Origin: Candidatus Latescibacterota bacterium
GTDB lineage: Bacteria > Latescibacterota > UBA2968 > UBA8231
DNA length: 64,000 bases
Direction of reading: 5' to 3'
Assembly (NCBI GenBank): GCA_965248355.1
Contig: OZ252098.1
Span: 3,040,001-3,104,000, forward strand
The first letter of the stretch is position 1; each line of letters opens with the position of its first letter. The notes below the pieces were generated by a model. That model ran no database searches. It had not been told where the DNA came from and worked only from the letters and a program-made list of their open reading frames with translations. Below, piece by piece: positions 1 to 9,123 of this stretch. A program made the translations under genes and the position numbers.

Positions 1-436
1 CGCCAACGGCCTTGAAGCGCTGCTCCGGGTCGGCGGTCGGGTTGGAGTCGAGGAAGACGCAGAAGTTGTGGCTCTCGTGGCCCTGGATGAGGACGTTGTT
101 CCGGCGCGTGCCCGCGAACTCCACCAGGCCCAGCTCAGGGTGCTCGAAGCGGATGCCGTCGCGGCTGACCGCCAGATTGGTGGTCTGGCTGGCGGCGCCG
201 TCGGCGTAGTCGCCGCCGATGGGGTAGAAGCCGCGGTAGTAGAGCAGGATCCGGTCCCCTTCCTGCACCAGGTTGTAGCAGGCGGTGCAGGCGCTCTCCC
301 AGGGCTGGGAGACCTGGAAGACCACCTCCCTGCGCTCCGGCGGGTGCAGGTGCAGGGCGGCCCCCTCGAGGCGGTCCACGAGAAAGCGGTCGACGAACAG
401 CTCCCGGCGGGAGCCCAGGGTGGCGGGCGCGGTCAT
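1..436 (-). CDS. Conserved hypothetical protein, probable glycosidase-like beta-propeller (3' end runs off the window)
   Basis: Not in the ORF track because it has no stop in the window. Manual translation from ATG 436: MTAPATLGSRRELFVDRFLVDRLEG...LLYYRG...AVSRDGIRFEHPELGLVEFAGTRRNN...FLDSNPTADPEQRFKAVG; open to base 1 with GC3-rich codons. The RELFVD/SxDGIxF pattern recalls GH32/43-like propeller hypotheticals. Confidence 0.65.
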   Translation of the reverse strand, partial: MTAPATLGSRRELFVDRFLVDRLEGAALHLHPPERREVVFQVSQPWESACTACYNLVQEGDRILLYYRGFYPIGGDYADGAASQTTNLAVSRDGIRFEHPELGLVEFAGTRRNNVLIQGHESHNFCVFLDSNPTADPEQRFKAVG

Positions 437-483
437 GGCATACCTTTCGGTTAGACCAACTCCCGCAACGAAAGGACGAAGCC

Positions 484-672
484 ATGCCCTTCATCAACGT
501 CAAGATGATCGAAGGCCGCACCACCGAGCAGAAGCGCCAGCTGGCCAAGGCCCTCACCGAGGCGATCGTGGAGATCTGCGGCGCCAAGCGCGAGGGGACC
601 ATGGTGGTCATCGAGGACCACGCCAAGGAGGACTGGGCCGTGGGCGGGGTGACCATAGCTGACCGGGGATAG
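484..672 (+). CDS. 4-oxalocrotonate tautomerase family protein
   Basis: 62 aa, catalytic Pro after Met (MPFINVKMIEGRTTEQKRQL), C-terminal W-x-x-GG; AAGGA RBS upstream. Confidence 0.93.
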   Translation: MPFINVKMIEGRTTEQKRQLAKALTEAIVEICGAKREGTMVVIEDHAKEDWAVGGVTIADRG

Positions 673-673
673 C

Positions 674-704
674 TGTCGTCACTTTACCGCGAAAAATGAC
701 GACA
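674..704. terminator. Hairpin between convergent genes (possible bidirectional terminator)
   Basis: TGTCGTCA (674-681) and TGACGACA (697-704) form a perfect inverted repeat right after the tautomerase stop. Confidence 0.45.
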
Positions 705-754
705 AGGTAGTCGTACTGCACGAGGACGCCCTGTGGCCGTGAGGGGCGGGCCGG

Positions 755-1891
755 TTAGTGCAGCCGGCGGTACCGCACGTCCCGGAAGGCCGTGCTGCAC
801 TCCCACACCAACAGGCCGAAGGCGCCCATGCGGAAGGTCTCGTCGGTGAGCTGGTTGACCAGCTTCCCGTCTACGTACGAGGTAAGAGAGGCCCCGCGGG
901 CGGCGACCTGGATCTCGTACTCCTGGCCCCTGTGAAGGGCGTGGTTCACCACGCTCAGCTTGGTGACCCGGCCGTCCATCACCCGGCTGATGCCGACCGC
1001 CTGCCATCCCAGGAGAAAGTCGAACAGGTAGTAGCTGCGCTCGTCCGAGGAGATGCGGAAGGCCGCCTGGGCGTTCCCGCCTGAGATCGGCGTCATCAGG
1101 AAGGAGAGCTCGTAGTCGGTCCAGGTGGGCTCGCCGGCGATCAGCGAAGGCGGTTCCTCGCCGGGTTCGCCGCTCTCGCCAACGATGGCGTTGCCTTCCA
1201 CTCTCCAGGTCTTCTCCAGGGCCTCCCGGTCCGACCACGAGGGCGGACGCCAGGAGGAGAGTTCCGGGTCGGCTGGAACCACCTGCCAGTTGATGAGGCC
1301 CCGCATCCCTCCGATGACGTCGCGTGGAGAGCTCTCGGGAGATTCGCTGCGCTCGTGCGATTCCCGTGACATGTTGCGGATCCTTTCTCGCATCAGTCTG
1401 CGCGATCTGTGAAGGCGGCTCTTTGCGGTGCCGACGGGTATGTCCAGCCGCTCCGCGATTCGATTGAGTTCCATGCCGGTCAGGTAGAACAGGGTGACCA
1501 CGGCCCTGTCCGGCGGCGCGAGGGTGTTGACCAGGGCCTTGAGTTCCCTGTACCCGAGAAGCGATCCCAGGTCCGGATCGGCCACACTGCGGCTCAGCTC
1601 GTGCTCCGGCAGGCGTTGTTGCTCGAGCCGCCTCTGGCGCAGCATCTTCCGGGCGGCGTTGCGGGCGATGGCGTGGAGCCAAGCCGGAAGCCGGTCCGGG
1701 TCCTTCAGTTCGTCGAGGCGCCGGCAGGCCCTGATGAACGCCTCCTGCGCCGCATCCTCGACGTCGTCGGGATCGTCGAGAAGGGGCGAAACGGTCCTGA
1801 CGACGCCCGCCCAGTGCTTGTCCACGAGCCGGCGGAAGGCATCCTGACTCCCCTGCCTGCACCCGGCGACGATGTCCTGGTCTGAAATCAC
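755..1891 (-). CDS. ECF sigma-70 factor fused to a C-terminal DUF1080 (3-keto-disaccharide hydrolase-like) domain
   Basis: Region 2 (DVEDAAQEAFIRA...AWLHAIARN) and region 4 (IAERLDIPVGTAKSRLHRSR), then WRVEGNAIVG...WTDYELSF...YVDGKLVN...AFRDVRYRRL, typical of DUF1080. Confidence 0.85.
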   Translation of the reverse strand: MISDQDIVAGCRQGSQDAFRRLVDKHWAGVVRTVSPLLDDPDDVEDAAQEAFIRACRRLDELKDPDRLPAWLHAIARNAARKMLRQRRLEQQRLPEHELSRSVADPDLGSLLGYRELKALVNTLAPPDRAVVTLFYLTGMELNRIAERLDIPVGTAKSRLHRSRRLMRERIRNMSRESHERSESPESSPRDVIGGMRGLINWQVVPADPELSSWRPPSWSDREALEKTWRVEGNAIVGESGEPGEEPPSLIAGEPTWTDYELSFLMTPISGGNAQAAFRISSDERSYYLFDFLLGWQAVGISRVMDGRVTKLSVVNHALHRGQEYEIQVAARGASLTSYVDGKLVNQLTDETFRMGAFGLLVWECSTAFRDVRYRRLH

Positions 1892-1909
1892 CCCATTGCC
1901 TCACACCCT

Positions 1910-1936
1910 GTAGATCCGGGAAGCCGGCGCAGGTTC
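1910..1936 (-). promoter_or_regulatory. Putative ECF-type autoregulatory promoter
   Basis: Minus strand reads GAACCT-N16-TCTAC, ending 19 nt upstream of the sigma start codon; fits the generic ECF AAC/TC consensus. Confidence 0.55.
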
Positions 1937-1956
1937 ACGAAGAGAGGAAGGAAAGC

Positions 1957-2607
1957 ATGCCGGTCTTTCGCGCGGGACCCGGCCAGGCGCCAGCCTGGTG
2001 CGAGATGCGCCAGTTCGACATCGTCCGCCTGCCCGCGGGCGCCGCCCGCTACGACTTCGGCCGCGCCGGCCCCAGGGAAAAGCTGATCGTCGGAGAGGGA
2101 GCCTGCACGGTGGCCGCGGCCGGCCGCGAGCAGGCCGCCGTCAAGGGAGCCAACATCGACCTGCCGGCCGGGGAAGGGACAGCCGGGTTCAGCATCCTCG
2201 AGGTCACCGAGGACGCCACCCTGATTCGCATGGCCGGCCACTGGGGCGACGAGGTCGGCGGCTCCGGGCTGTTCTCGGTGGAGGAGGCGGCCGACGGCGA
2301 CCGCGCCGACCGGGGCGATCCCGTCCCCTACGAGAAGCGGACCTCCTTCGACTGCCACTTCCACGACTGCGACGAGTACTGGATCCTCTTCGCCGGCCGG
2401 GGCGTCGCTGTCTCGGAGGGGAAGCGCTACGAGGTCACCTCAGGCGACTGCGTGGCCACCGGCATGGGCCACCACCACGACTTCCCGATTGTCCACGAAC
2501 CGGTGCGGGCCGTCTACTTCGAGACCACCATGGAGGGGCGGAGGCGCCGGGGGCATCTGTGGGACCACACGCATGGGTGGGCGCAGCCGAGGGCGGAGCG
2601 GGTTTGA
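1957..2607 (+). CDS. Cupin domain protein
   Basis: Metal-binding cupin motifs HFHDCDEYW and GDCVATGMGHHHD; AGGA RBS. Confidence 0.8.
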   Translation: MPVFRAGPGQAPAWCEMRQFDIVRLPAGAARYDFGRAGPREKLIVGEGACTVAAAGREQAAVKGANIDLPAGEGTAGFSILEVTEDATLIRMAGHWGDEVGGSGLFSVEEAADGDRADRGDPVPYEKRTSFDCHFHDCDEYWILFAGRGVAVSEGKRYEVTSGDCVATGMGHHHDFPIVHEPVRAVYFETTMEGRRRRGHLWDHTHGWAQPRAERV

Positions 2608-2650
2608 ACCCTCTACAGTGCGCAGACATAGTTGCCGGGCGGTCTTGCAG

Positions 2651-5266
2651 CTATTGGGGCGGATCAAACCAGTGTTGGCCCTCCGCTACTTCTGCCACCC
2701 GTGGTGTGCGTTCCACCAAATGGCTCGAGTACGCCTGATTACAGAGCGCCACCAACTGACCGGTGTGCCTGTTACATCCTGTAAGCACATCCTTGGCTAC
2801 CACCTCCGGAACAAGGCTCTGCCCCGGAGGTGACGAGGGGAAATAGATTCCGGTGCCAGTTTCTCTGGCCCGCTTAGACAATTCAACCAGGTGACCCCAG
2901 TCTATCTCACTGGGCGTTGACTCCTGTAGTTCGATCCTTCCTGCTATCCCAATGACCTCAGGGTTGTTACCGGTGTAATTGGCGAAGTATCTCCTCCCGA
3001 ATTGCCGCGCGACGTTTTTGTCCGCAATTCTATGAAGGAATAGGGATGCCACTTCCGCTGATAGCTGTGTCTCGTCATGGAGGTGCTGACCACTCACTTC
3101 GGGGCGTTCCGTCCTAGGAACGCGCCCAATCACCTCCGAAATAGAGCGCAGGCTGCGCCGGCCCCTGGCATCCAGTGCATCCACCAACTCCTGTACTTCG
3201 GACTTCAGCGAGAGTATCAATTCGGCCGTTCCCCAATTGAGCAGGACGGCCAAGCAGGGCACTGCACCTTCCCCCCTTGCTGTTTGCAGAGCCTCGTTCC
3301 ACCACCCTTGGTCCCCCACCATGTGTCGCGCATAGAATAGCCGCTTCACCAGACCCCTCGTGGCTACGAAGCCATCATCGTCCCATGATCCAGCTCTCGG
3401 ATCCGCTCTCAGGGCTGACGCCAGAGCGGCAACCTCCACCATCAAATGGGAACCTTCACACACCTCCAATCCTCGGTTAACCAGGGTATCCCAGTGATTC
3501 AAGGACTCTTGCCACTCGCCGGCGCTCTGGCTAAGGCCTTCGGAGAGTTCTCGGACGAATCCACCTAAAGCCGGTTGCAGTGTCCCAACATGGAAATCAC
3601 GTAGCTGTTCTAGCATCCGAGATGAACCAGACCGGAGTCGCCCGGCCACAGCAGATCCCGCGACATACTGTCCCTTGATCGATAGCAACCCGGCAAGTGC
3701 ATGTAATCGAAGTATCGTGGTAAGAGCTTCAAGCAGATTTACCGGATCTGACTGCACCCGCCGCCGAAGGGGAAAACCCAGCACGCCCGCAAAAGTGGCC
3801 TTGATGGCCAATCTCATAAGCTGAGGATCACTCATGACGTCCCCGTGCCTGCCTGCTCGAACTAACCAATCCATGCGAGCCATTGGGTCGTTGTTGGCTA
3901 AGGCCTGAATCTCTGTAGGAGTGAAGGTCTCAACAATCCCCAGCAGACTCGCCTCCCACAGGGCTTCTCTCCCGGTCAAACCTTCCCTAGATCTGCGTCG
4001 CAAAAGGTCCTGCAAGGAGCTCGTATCGGCGTTGTCCGCTAGGATCCGGAAGAGAGCGCGGCGTTGGGCGAAGTCCTCCTGACCTTCCAACTTTTCGCTG
4101 CAGGCCTCGAAGAGACGCTCCCGCCCGGCCCCAGATGGCAGCGCGTGATCTCCCCTCCTATGCAGTTCTGCCGAATAAAGAAAGCGCTGGAACCCCGGCT
4201 CACTCGTCACAAATGCCAGGAGGCGCTCCATCGGCATTGGTACTTGGGAGAAGACACGATCTGAAAGCAGCATCATGGCCAGGTATCTGGGCTGGGCAAT
4301 CAGGTCCCACTCTTCGGACTTGCCTAGTTCTGCAATCTCGTCGACCAAACTGGCCAGTTCTCCAACTTCATGAAAGCCACAGTAAAAGCGTGTTACGTTT
4401 GTCCAATAGAAGCTTCGTGCTAGCGTTCGAAAGCGTTCCGGACGAGTTCCCTTGATGCCGCTGCCCACGGGAGCATAGGGGGCGGTCATGTACAGGTGCC
4501 TCGCCGCGAAAAACTCCCTCAAGGGCTGGACTTCAAACTCAAAGGTGCCCTCTACTCTTGAAACTAGCGCACAGAGGCGCTCCACCGCGCCCGAGAGAAG
4601 CTCATTGGCAAGACTAGAATCGTGACCCTGGACTTCCAAATAGTGGCGTATCTCTTGGTGAAGGTCCTCGCGACTCATCCTACCCGAGCCTCCACTCCCC
4701 TCAGCCACTGAATGAAGGGTCCATGCAATCATGCCATGAATGGAGAGCAACAAATCCCGGTGATCTCTTACAACCGGTGACTTCTCCGCCTCCCGGTTAA
4801 AGAAGAGGTTGGTGTATTCTCGATAGAGGGCGGTTCTCTTCTCAGGGAGAGCCGCACCTTGCACGTGGAGCAGATGTAGCAAAATGGAGAGTTGCATGGG
4901 ATTTCGCGCCAAGTCACGAAGATGAGGCTGTTGAAGCTTCAACTCGAGTGTCGCCTTCAATTGGCTGGCCTCATGATCAGTAAGACCCTGGGCATCTATC
5001 CACTTGTCCCTGTAGAGTTGGATGTCGGTGTGGCGCAGGTTGCGCAATTCCAGGTGGGTCCAGTGCTCCGCAGGAAAGACGGGGGAGTTGGCGAAGGCAG
5101 CGGGACGACTAGTAACAATCAGGAGTAGGGACTTAGCATAGGCGTCGAGGCGAGCGGAAGCATCGCAGATCTCCTGGACAAGGGCGGTGACGTGTAGAAA
5201 TGTTCGCGACCTCATCAAGACCATCGAGTACGATGACGGTATGTGAGCGCCTCAATAGGCTAGCTA
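2651..5266 (-). pseudogene. C-terminal part of a REase-NACHT (STAND NTPase) protein, separated from its N-terminus by IS630
   Basis: Walker B VIVLDGLDEVA encoded at about 5205-5240, then (after a +1 shift) IVTSRP, LARNPMQLSIL, FEFEVQPLREFFAA NACHT/winged-helix motifs and a long helical C-terminus; visibly lower GC than the flanks. Confidence 0.85.
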
Positions 5267-6437
5267 GTGTCCCGTCCGAGAATTAAGAAGAATCAACAAG
5301 GGCTGTCCGATGTCGCCGCCACCGTCTCCCGAGCGCGCTGGATCTTGCGCAGGATGGTCTCGCCGTCGGCCTTCCAGCGGTAGGGTTTGGGGGCCAAGTT
5401 CCGCTGCGCCAAGTAGGCTTCGATGTCGCGCACCAACTCCCCGACGCTGGCAAAGCTGCCGTCCCGAATCACATCCTGCGTCAGCTCGCCGAAGAACCGT
5501 TCGACCAAGTTCATCCAGGAGGAACTGGTGGGGGTGAAATGGACATGGAAGCGCCGATGCCGAGACAACCAATGCTGCACGCTCTCCTCCTTGTGGGGGC
5601 CGGCGTTGTCCACGATCAGGTGCAGCGACAGGTTCTTGGGCGTCTCGCGGTCGATCTGCTTGAGAAAGCGGAGCCATTCGACGTGGGTATGACGCGCCTC
5701 CAGACGCGCGATGAGCTTGCCGTCGAGGTAGTTGAGCGCGGCGAACAAGGTGATCGTACCGTGGCGCTTGTAATCGTGGGTCCGGGTGCGGATGTCGCCG
5801 ATCCCCAGCGGCAAGCCCGGCTGGGTCCGTTCCAGCGCCTGGCACTGGCTCTTCTCGTCACAGCACAGCACCAGCGCGCGCTCGGGGGGATCCAGGTAGA
5901 GCCCGATCACGTCCCAGAATTTTTCCTCGAAGTGCGGGTCCGTGGAGACCTTGAAGGTCTTGGTCAAATGGGGCTTGATGTCGTTGGCCTTCCAGATCCG
6001 GTGCACGCTGTCCGGCGACATCCCCGCCGCCTGGGCCATCGAGCGCACGCTCCAGCGCGTGCGCGGCTTCGGCGGCTGCGTGACCGCGGTGAGGACCTGC
6101 TCGACCTTGTCCGCCGGCAAGCTCGCCGGCCGGCCCCGGCCCTTGGCGTCGTTCAGTCCCGCCAAACCCTCGCGATCAAAGCGTTGCGACCACTTGTTCA
6201 CACACGCCACACTGGCGCCCAACTCGGCGGCCACCTGCACCTGCTTGATCCCTTCGGCCCGGCGCAGGACGATGGCCGCGCGCAGGCTGTCGCGCTGGGA
6301 CGCGGAGGGGGCCCTGACGCGACGCTCCAACTCCTGTCGCTCGGACGCGGTCAACTCAAGGCGGGACACCGGGCGGGCCATGGCCTGAAGATAAGGCCTT
6401 GACTCTGTTTTTACAACTCATTTGTCGGACGCGACAC
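5267..6437 (-). mobile_element. IS630-family insertion sequence
   Basis: Imperfect terminal IRs CTAGTGTCCCGTCCGAGAATTAAG (from 5264) versus reverse complement CTAGTGTCGCGTCCGACAAATGAG (to 6440); TA duplicated at 5265-5266 and 6438-6439 inside CTAG. Confidence 0.93.
5293..6381 (-). CDS. IS630-family DDE transposase
   Basis: N-terminal HTH, LCCDEKS, YKRHGT, IVDNAGPHK, PTSSSWMNLVERFF; single intact 362-aa frame. Confidence 0.96.
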   Translation of the reverse strand: MARPVSRLELTASERQELERRVRAPSASQRDSLRAAIVLRRAEGIKQVQVAAELGASVACVNKWSQRFDREGLAGLNDAKGRGRPASLPADKVEQVLTAVTQPPKPRTRWSVRSMAQAAGMSPDSVHRIWKANDIKPHLTKTFKVSTDPHFEEKFWDVIGLYLDPPERALVLCCDEKSQCQALERTQPGLPLGIGDIRTRTHDYKRHGTITLFAALNYLDGKLIARLEARHTHVEWLRFLKQIDRETPKNLSLHLIVDNAGPHKEESVQHWLSRHRRFHVHFTPTSSSWMNLVERFFGELTQDVIRDGSFASVGELVRDIEAYLAQRNLAPKPYRWKADGETILRKIQRARETVAATSDSPC

Positions 6438-7613
6438 TAGGTCATCGGGGTCAATTTGGAGGCCACCCGAACGCCAACTTACCTGCATGGCTAGGAAGGT
6501 CTCTAGCGATCTAGGCTGGTCTCCTCCCGAAGAGACGTGGTTAGTAGTGTCATATGGATGGCCGCCTTCTACCCATAGCGCGAAATCCAGGAGATCGACC
6601 CTAAAGGGAACACGGGTCGGTGAGTCAGTATGGTGCTTGGGAAGGGCCTCCAATTCAGTTTGGTGCTTGAGCAGGCGCAGTCTATTCACTTGGCAGAGGA
6701 ACTGTGTTACTGTGGACTTCCCTTGACCGGGGGCGCCCTCAAGTACAAGCCTGGATACTCCCGGGAAAAAAGGCACTTGGAGTAGAAACGCGGCGGCAAG
6801 CCCGGAGTGGTCGAATGGATCGTCCGGCACAAATGCGTAGTCCCCATAGTTTTCAAAGTCACCTAACTGATCCAGATAAGCGTGAAAGCCAGTGTTCTCG
6901 TACCCATCAAAGGGTCCTTGATCCGGTGGATGCCCTTGTGGGGGTGACTCGACACGGTGCGAGGTCTGCTTGTGCGCGAGAGACAAATCAACGAAGAGGT
7001 CCGTCAGATTTCGGTGCAAGTCGACTTGTTTGAATTTCACTTCTCTATCATCAGCATGTTGTTGCGCCACATAGCTGCGTAGGGCAGGCGTTGCGGCGGG
7101 CTCCTCCTTTTGTCCATTCTCTCTGAGCAAGATGGGCAGGAGATCGGAGGCCTTCAAGATCTGGGAAAACGCCCACTTTATGTCCTCGGACGTATCCAAT
7201 CGTCGATCCAGGTCGTCTCGCCACCAAACCTGGGAGGGGATCTCGAAGGTATCTTTGAGTAGCGCTTCGGCGGTGTCAATTGACCCCGTATCAAGATGGG
7301 CAGTGCCGGACACATTTGTAAGCAGATAGTAGCGGGTGGCTCCACGTTTGATGAGTTGGTGGACCTTGCTCTGTTCCGTCTGTATGGCTTGTTCAACAAC
7401 TTGCCTGGCCGATTTCGTTGAGGGTTCTTCGGTGTACTTCACCTGGAAAACGACGAAGCCGTCCTGAGGTTTGAATTGAGGGAGATAGGCGTCTCTGCCG
7501 CCATCGGGCTGTCGAACGGGTAAGCACTGGGTATCCGGGTGCTTGGCTACAAGCAGGGCTTGGCAGAGCTTCTGGAAACCGTGCTCGTCTAGGGCTTCGT
7601 AGTGGTAGTCCAT
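6438..7613 (-). pseudogene. N-terminal part of REase-NACHT protein (PD-(D/E)xK nuclease-like domain + Walker A)
   Basis: FQKLCQALL...PDGGRDA...FQVKY restriction-endonuclease-like motif; Walker A LEGAPGQGKST; the frame runs into the IS end (terminal VSRPTNEL is IS-derived); AAGGA RBS. Confidence 0.85.
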
Positions 7614-7720
7614 AGGCGTGAGTCCTTAGTAGTTTGAGTTGGCTTAGGGTGCTGTGGGGTATAGAGGGGAAGCAAGGGGTTGCGTGGAAAGGAGATTCGT
7701 TTTGTTTGTTGGGAGAGAGG

Positions 7721-8542
7721 TCAGGGGTCAACGTCCGCAGGGGAGACCAACTCCGGATACTCCTCCCCCCGCAGCACCTCCCCCACGCCCACCGTCTCCA
7801 CGTTCCCCATCCGCTCGTTCCAGTTGTCCCCCAGGCGCCGGGTGTGCCCGGGCATGAGGTGCATGATGTAGCTGCGGCGCGGGTTGCCGGTGCTGTTGCC
7901 GTAGGAGCCGTGGAAGGTGCGGCAGTGGTGGAAGTGGCAGTGCCCGGCCGGGACCTCGCAGGGCACGGGGGTCAGGTCGGCGCCGGCGGGGATGCCCTCC
8001 TGGCGCAGCAGCCAGTGGGGGTCGTCGACAGCGGCGTCCTCGCGGGCATAGCGCATGGGCCACAGGTGGCTGCCGGGGATGACGTGCATGCAGCCGTTGT
8101 CCACGGTGGCGTCGTCGAGGGCGATCCAGCAGGTGCCCAGGTCGGCGGGCCCCACGTGGTCCCAGAAGGTGTAGTCCTGGTGCCAGGCCAAGGCCGTCTC
8201 CTCGTCGTGGGGAGGCTTGTAGATCATCTGGTCCTCCCACATGCGCACGGGTCCGGGCATGAGCTGGTGGGCCAGGGCGCTGATGGCGGCGTTGCCGATG
8301 AGGGCGGCGAAGAGGGGGTCGCGGCGGAAGATGTTGACCACCTTCACCGAGGGGAGCTGGCCCTTGGCCCGGGACTGCTCCACCGTCTCACCCATCAGGT
8401 GTTTGGGGAAGGGGATGCGGCCGCGGAGGATGTCCTCGATGCGCTCCTTCAGCTGGTCGATCTGCTCGTCGGAGAGGACGCGCGGGCCGGCCACGTAACC
8501 GCGGGTCTTGTAGTGCTCGATCTGGGCGTCGGTGAAGGGCAT
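7721..8542 (-). CDS. Phytanoyl-CoA dioxygenase (PhyH) family Fe(II)/2OG oxygenase
   Basis: Start MPFTDAQIEHYKTRGY; WHQD, WIALDDATVDNGCMHVIPGSH, HGS...RR motifs. Confidence 0.92.
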   Translation of the reverse strand: MPFTDAQIEHYKTRGYVAGPRVLSDEQIDQLKERIEDILRGRIPFPKHLMGETVEQSRAKGQLPSVKVVNIFRRDPLFAALIGNAAISALAHQLMPGPVRMWEDQMIYKPPHDEETALAWHQDYTFWDHVGPADLGTCWIALDDATVDNGCMHVIPGSHLWPMRYAREDAAVDDPHWLLRQEGIPAGADLTPVPCEVPAGHCHFHHCRTFHGSYGNSTGNPRRSYIMHLMPGHTRRLGDNWNERMGNVETVGVGEVLRGEEYPELVSPADVDP

Positions 8543-8547
8543 GAAGA

Positions 8548-9123
8548 TCAGCTCACCAGGTTCGTAGTCAGCCGTGTCCAGAAGTAGTCGAACGACGCCG
8601 AATGCTGTCTTGCCACCTCGGGGTCGAATTGGGGGCCCATCATCCTCGAAAAACCGATCTTCCTGGGGGAAGAGTTCGGTCCGAACTGCTTCGTCCACAG
8701 GTCCGACAGCTTCTGTTTGGGATTCACTCGGGCCGTTTCTCGAGGTGCGATGTAGTTGGCTCTGGGCATCAGCTCATTGATCGAGAAGGGATCCGCGAGA
8801 AACCAGGATTCGAGCCCGCGAATGGCTACGCAAACAAACAGGTAGCGCTCATTGACCGGACTCCGTGCTTCCCCGCGGATTGCTTCTTCGAATCGTTCGA
8901 GGACGGCTCCGGGACAAGGGTCTCTCTCGCGGTCCACCAGGATGAATCCTGCTGAGTAGCCGAGGCTGCGAAAAGACTGCAACAGCTGTGGTGTCTCACG
9001 TACCAGGGTCTCCTTGGTCCTCATGTTTCGGACATCGAACTGGATGCCGTCGAAGTGCTTGTGCAGGACCTCATGCCAGAACAGCCGGTCGGAGGGTCCC
9101 TCGACCCCGACGCCGATCTTCAT
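8548..9123 (-). CDS. DUF4276/RloB-like TOPRIM-fold protein
   Basis: VEGPSD, LVDRE, LESWFLAD, NPK, SASF motifs; ATG overlaps the ATPase stop (ATGA at 9120-9123). Confidence 0.75.
   Translation of the reverse strand: MKIGVGVEGPSDRLFWHEVLHKHFDGIQFDVRNMRTKETLVRETPQLLQSFRSLGYSAGFILVDRERDPCPGAVLERFEEAIRGEARSPVNERYLFVCVAIRGLESWFLADPFSINELMPRANYIAPRETARVNPKQKLSDLWTKQFGPNSSPRKIGFSRMMGPQFDPEVARQHSASFDYFWTRLTTNLVS

Noticed and set aside
2600..7725. Flanking direct repeats around the NACHT island
   Set aside because: No convincing duplication found between 2607-2650 and 7614-7720.
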